Under the pieces are notes generated by a model, which was given only the letters and a program-made list of their open reading frames with translations, was not told where the DNA came from and made no database searches. Source: Rhodosorus marinus CCMP1338 (taxonomy: Eukaryota; Plantae; Rhodophyta). Taken from it: a DNA stretch of 64,000 nucleotides. Made by a program: the position numbers and the translations under genes. The DNA lies in contig JAMWBK010000004.1 in assembly GCA_029953675.1 (NCBI GenBank), positions 2,232,001 to 2,296,000 of the forward strand, read 5' to 3'. Positions 63,688 through 64,000 of the stretch are shown in pieces; the stretch's first letter is position 1, and every line of letters starts with the position of its first letter.

Positions 63688-64000
63688 CTACTTCACTAAA
63701 ACCGAGGTGAGAATTCGCGTACCAGCCTCGTCACGAAACATTGCCTTCCTCGCGTCCGCCCCGAGCGATCTCCACACAATCGCGAGGGATCCGATCGCCA
63801 TGATCAAGCTTATCACAATCCAAATCAAACCCTGAAATTCATTTCGACCGTTAAGGACATGACTAGGCAAGACAATTGCTTTCTGTTTTACCGTACCAAA
63901 CCTGGTATTTGCCTCTTCTCATTTACAACCGTCGCTTTCGACTTGGAGATCGCGTTGTTAATGTAGTCGAGCAGCTCTGCATCGTGGATTTCACCTACTT
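63688..64000 (-). CDS. Partial spliced membrane-protein gene running off the window end, identity unknown
   Basis: Open frame EIHDAELLDYINNAISK..., then a GT...TTTCAG intron, then a hydrophobic LIWIVISLIMAIGSLAIVW segment. The downstream end is unresolved. Confidence 0.35.

Overview
Gene-dense eukaryotic nuclear DNA, not prokaryotic or viral. Genes are split by short (mostly about 70-150 nt) GT-AG introns, several with CTAAC/CTGAT-like branch points. Several proteins begin with MAF/MAAF/MSAF-type transit peptides, so a red alga is the likely source (inference only). Recognisable genes: SnRK/CIPK-like pseudokinase, PUS10, proteasome RPN1, a three-exon bZIP factor that no single ORF in the track shows, HMG-CoA reductase, LTO1/VKOR, BCS1, ODR4-like, HAD-like, MFS sugar porter, TVP38/VTT protein, multi-TM class-3 lipase, OTU deubiquitinase, a catalytically divergent IGPS paralogue, a CDF transporter, a dual-specificity phosphatase and a START/cyclase protein. 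I recognised no rRNA, tRNA, CRISPR array or intact transposase. The gene-poor intervals hold the unusual signals. These are a 108-nt tandem unit built of hairpins with a compensatory base-pair change plus a nearby GNRA hairpin and T-run (11.8-12.3 kb), a perfect 33-bp inverted repeat with a nested palindrome (13.36-13.45 kb), an internally inverted lipase pseudogene fragment joined at a CCGG microhomology (42 kb), several decayed 125-177 bp tandem repeats with protein-like character, and a cluster of perfect palindromes including two ATTGCGCAAT sites (33.7 kb). All alignments, folds and exon models were done by eye, so exon boundaries are approximate unless stated.
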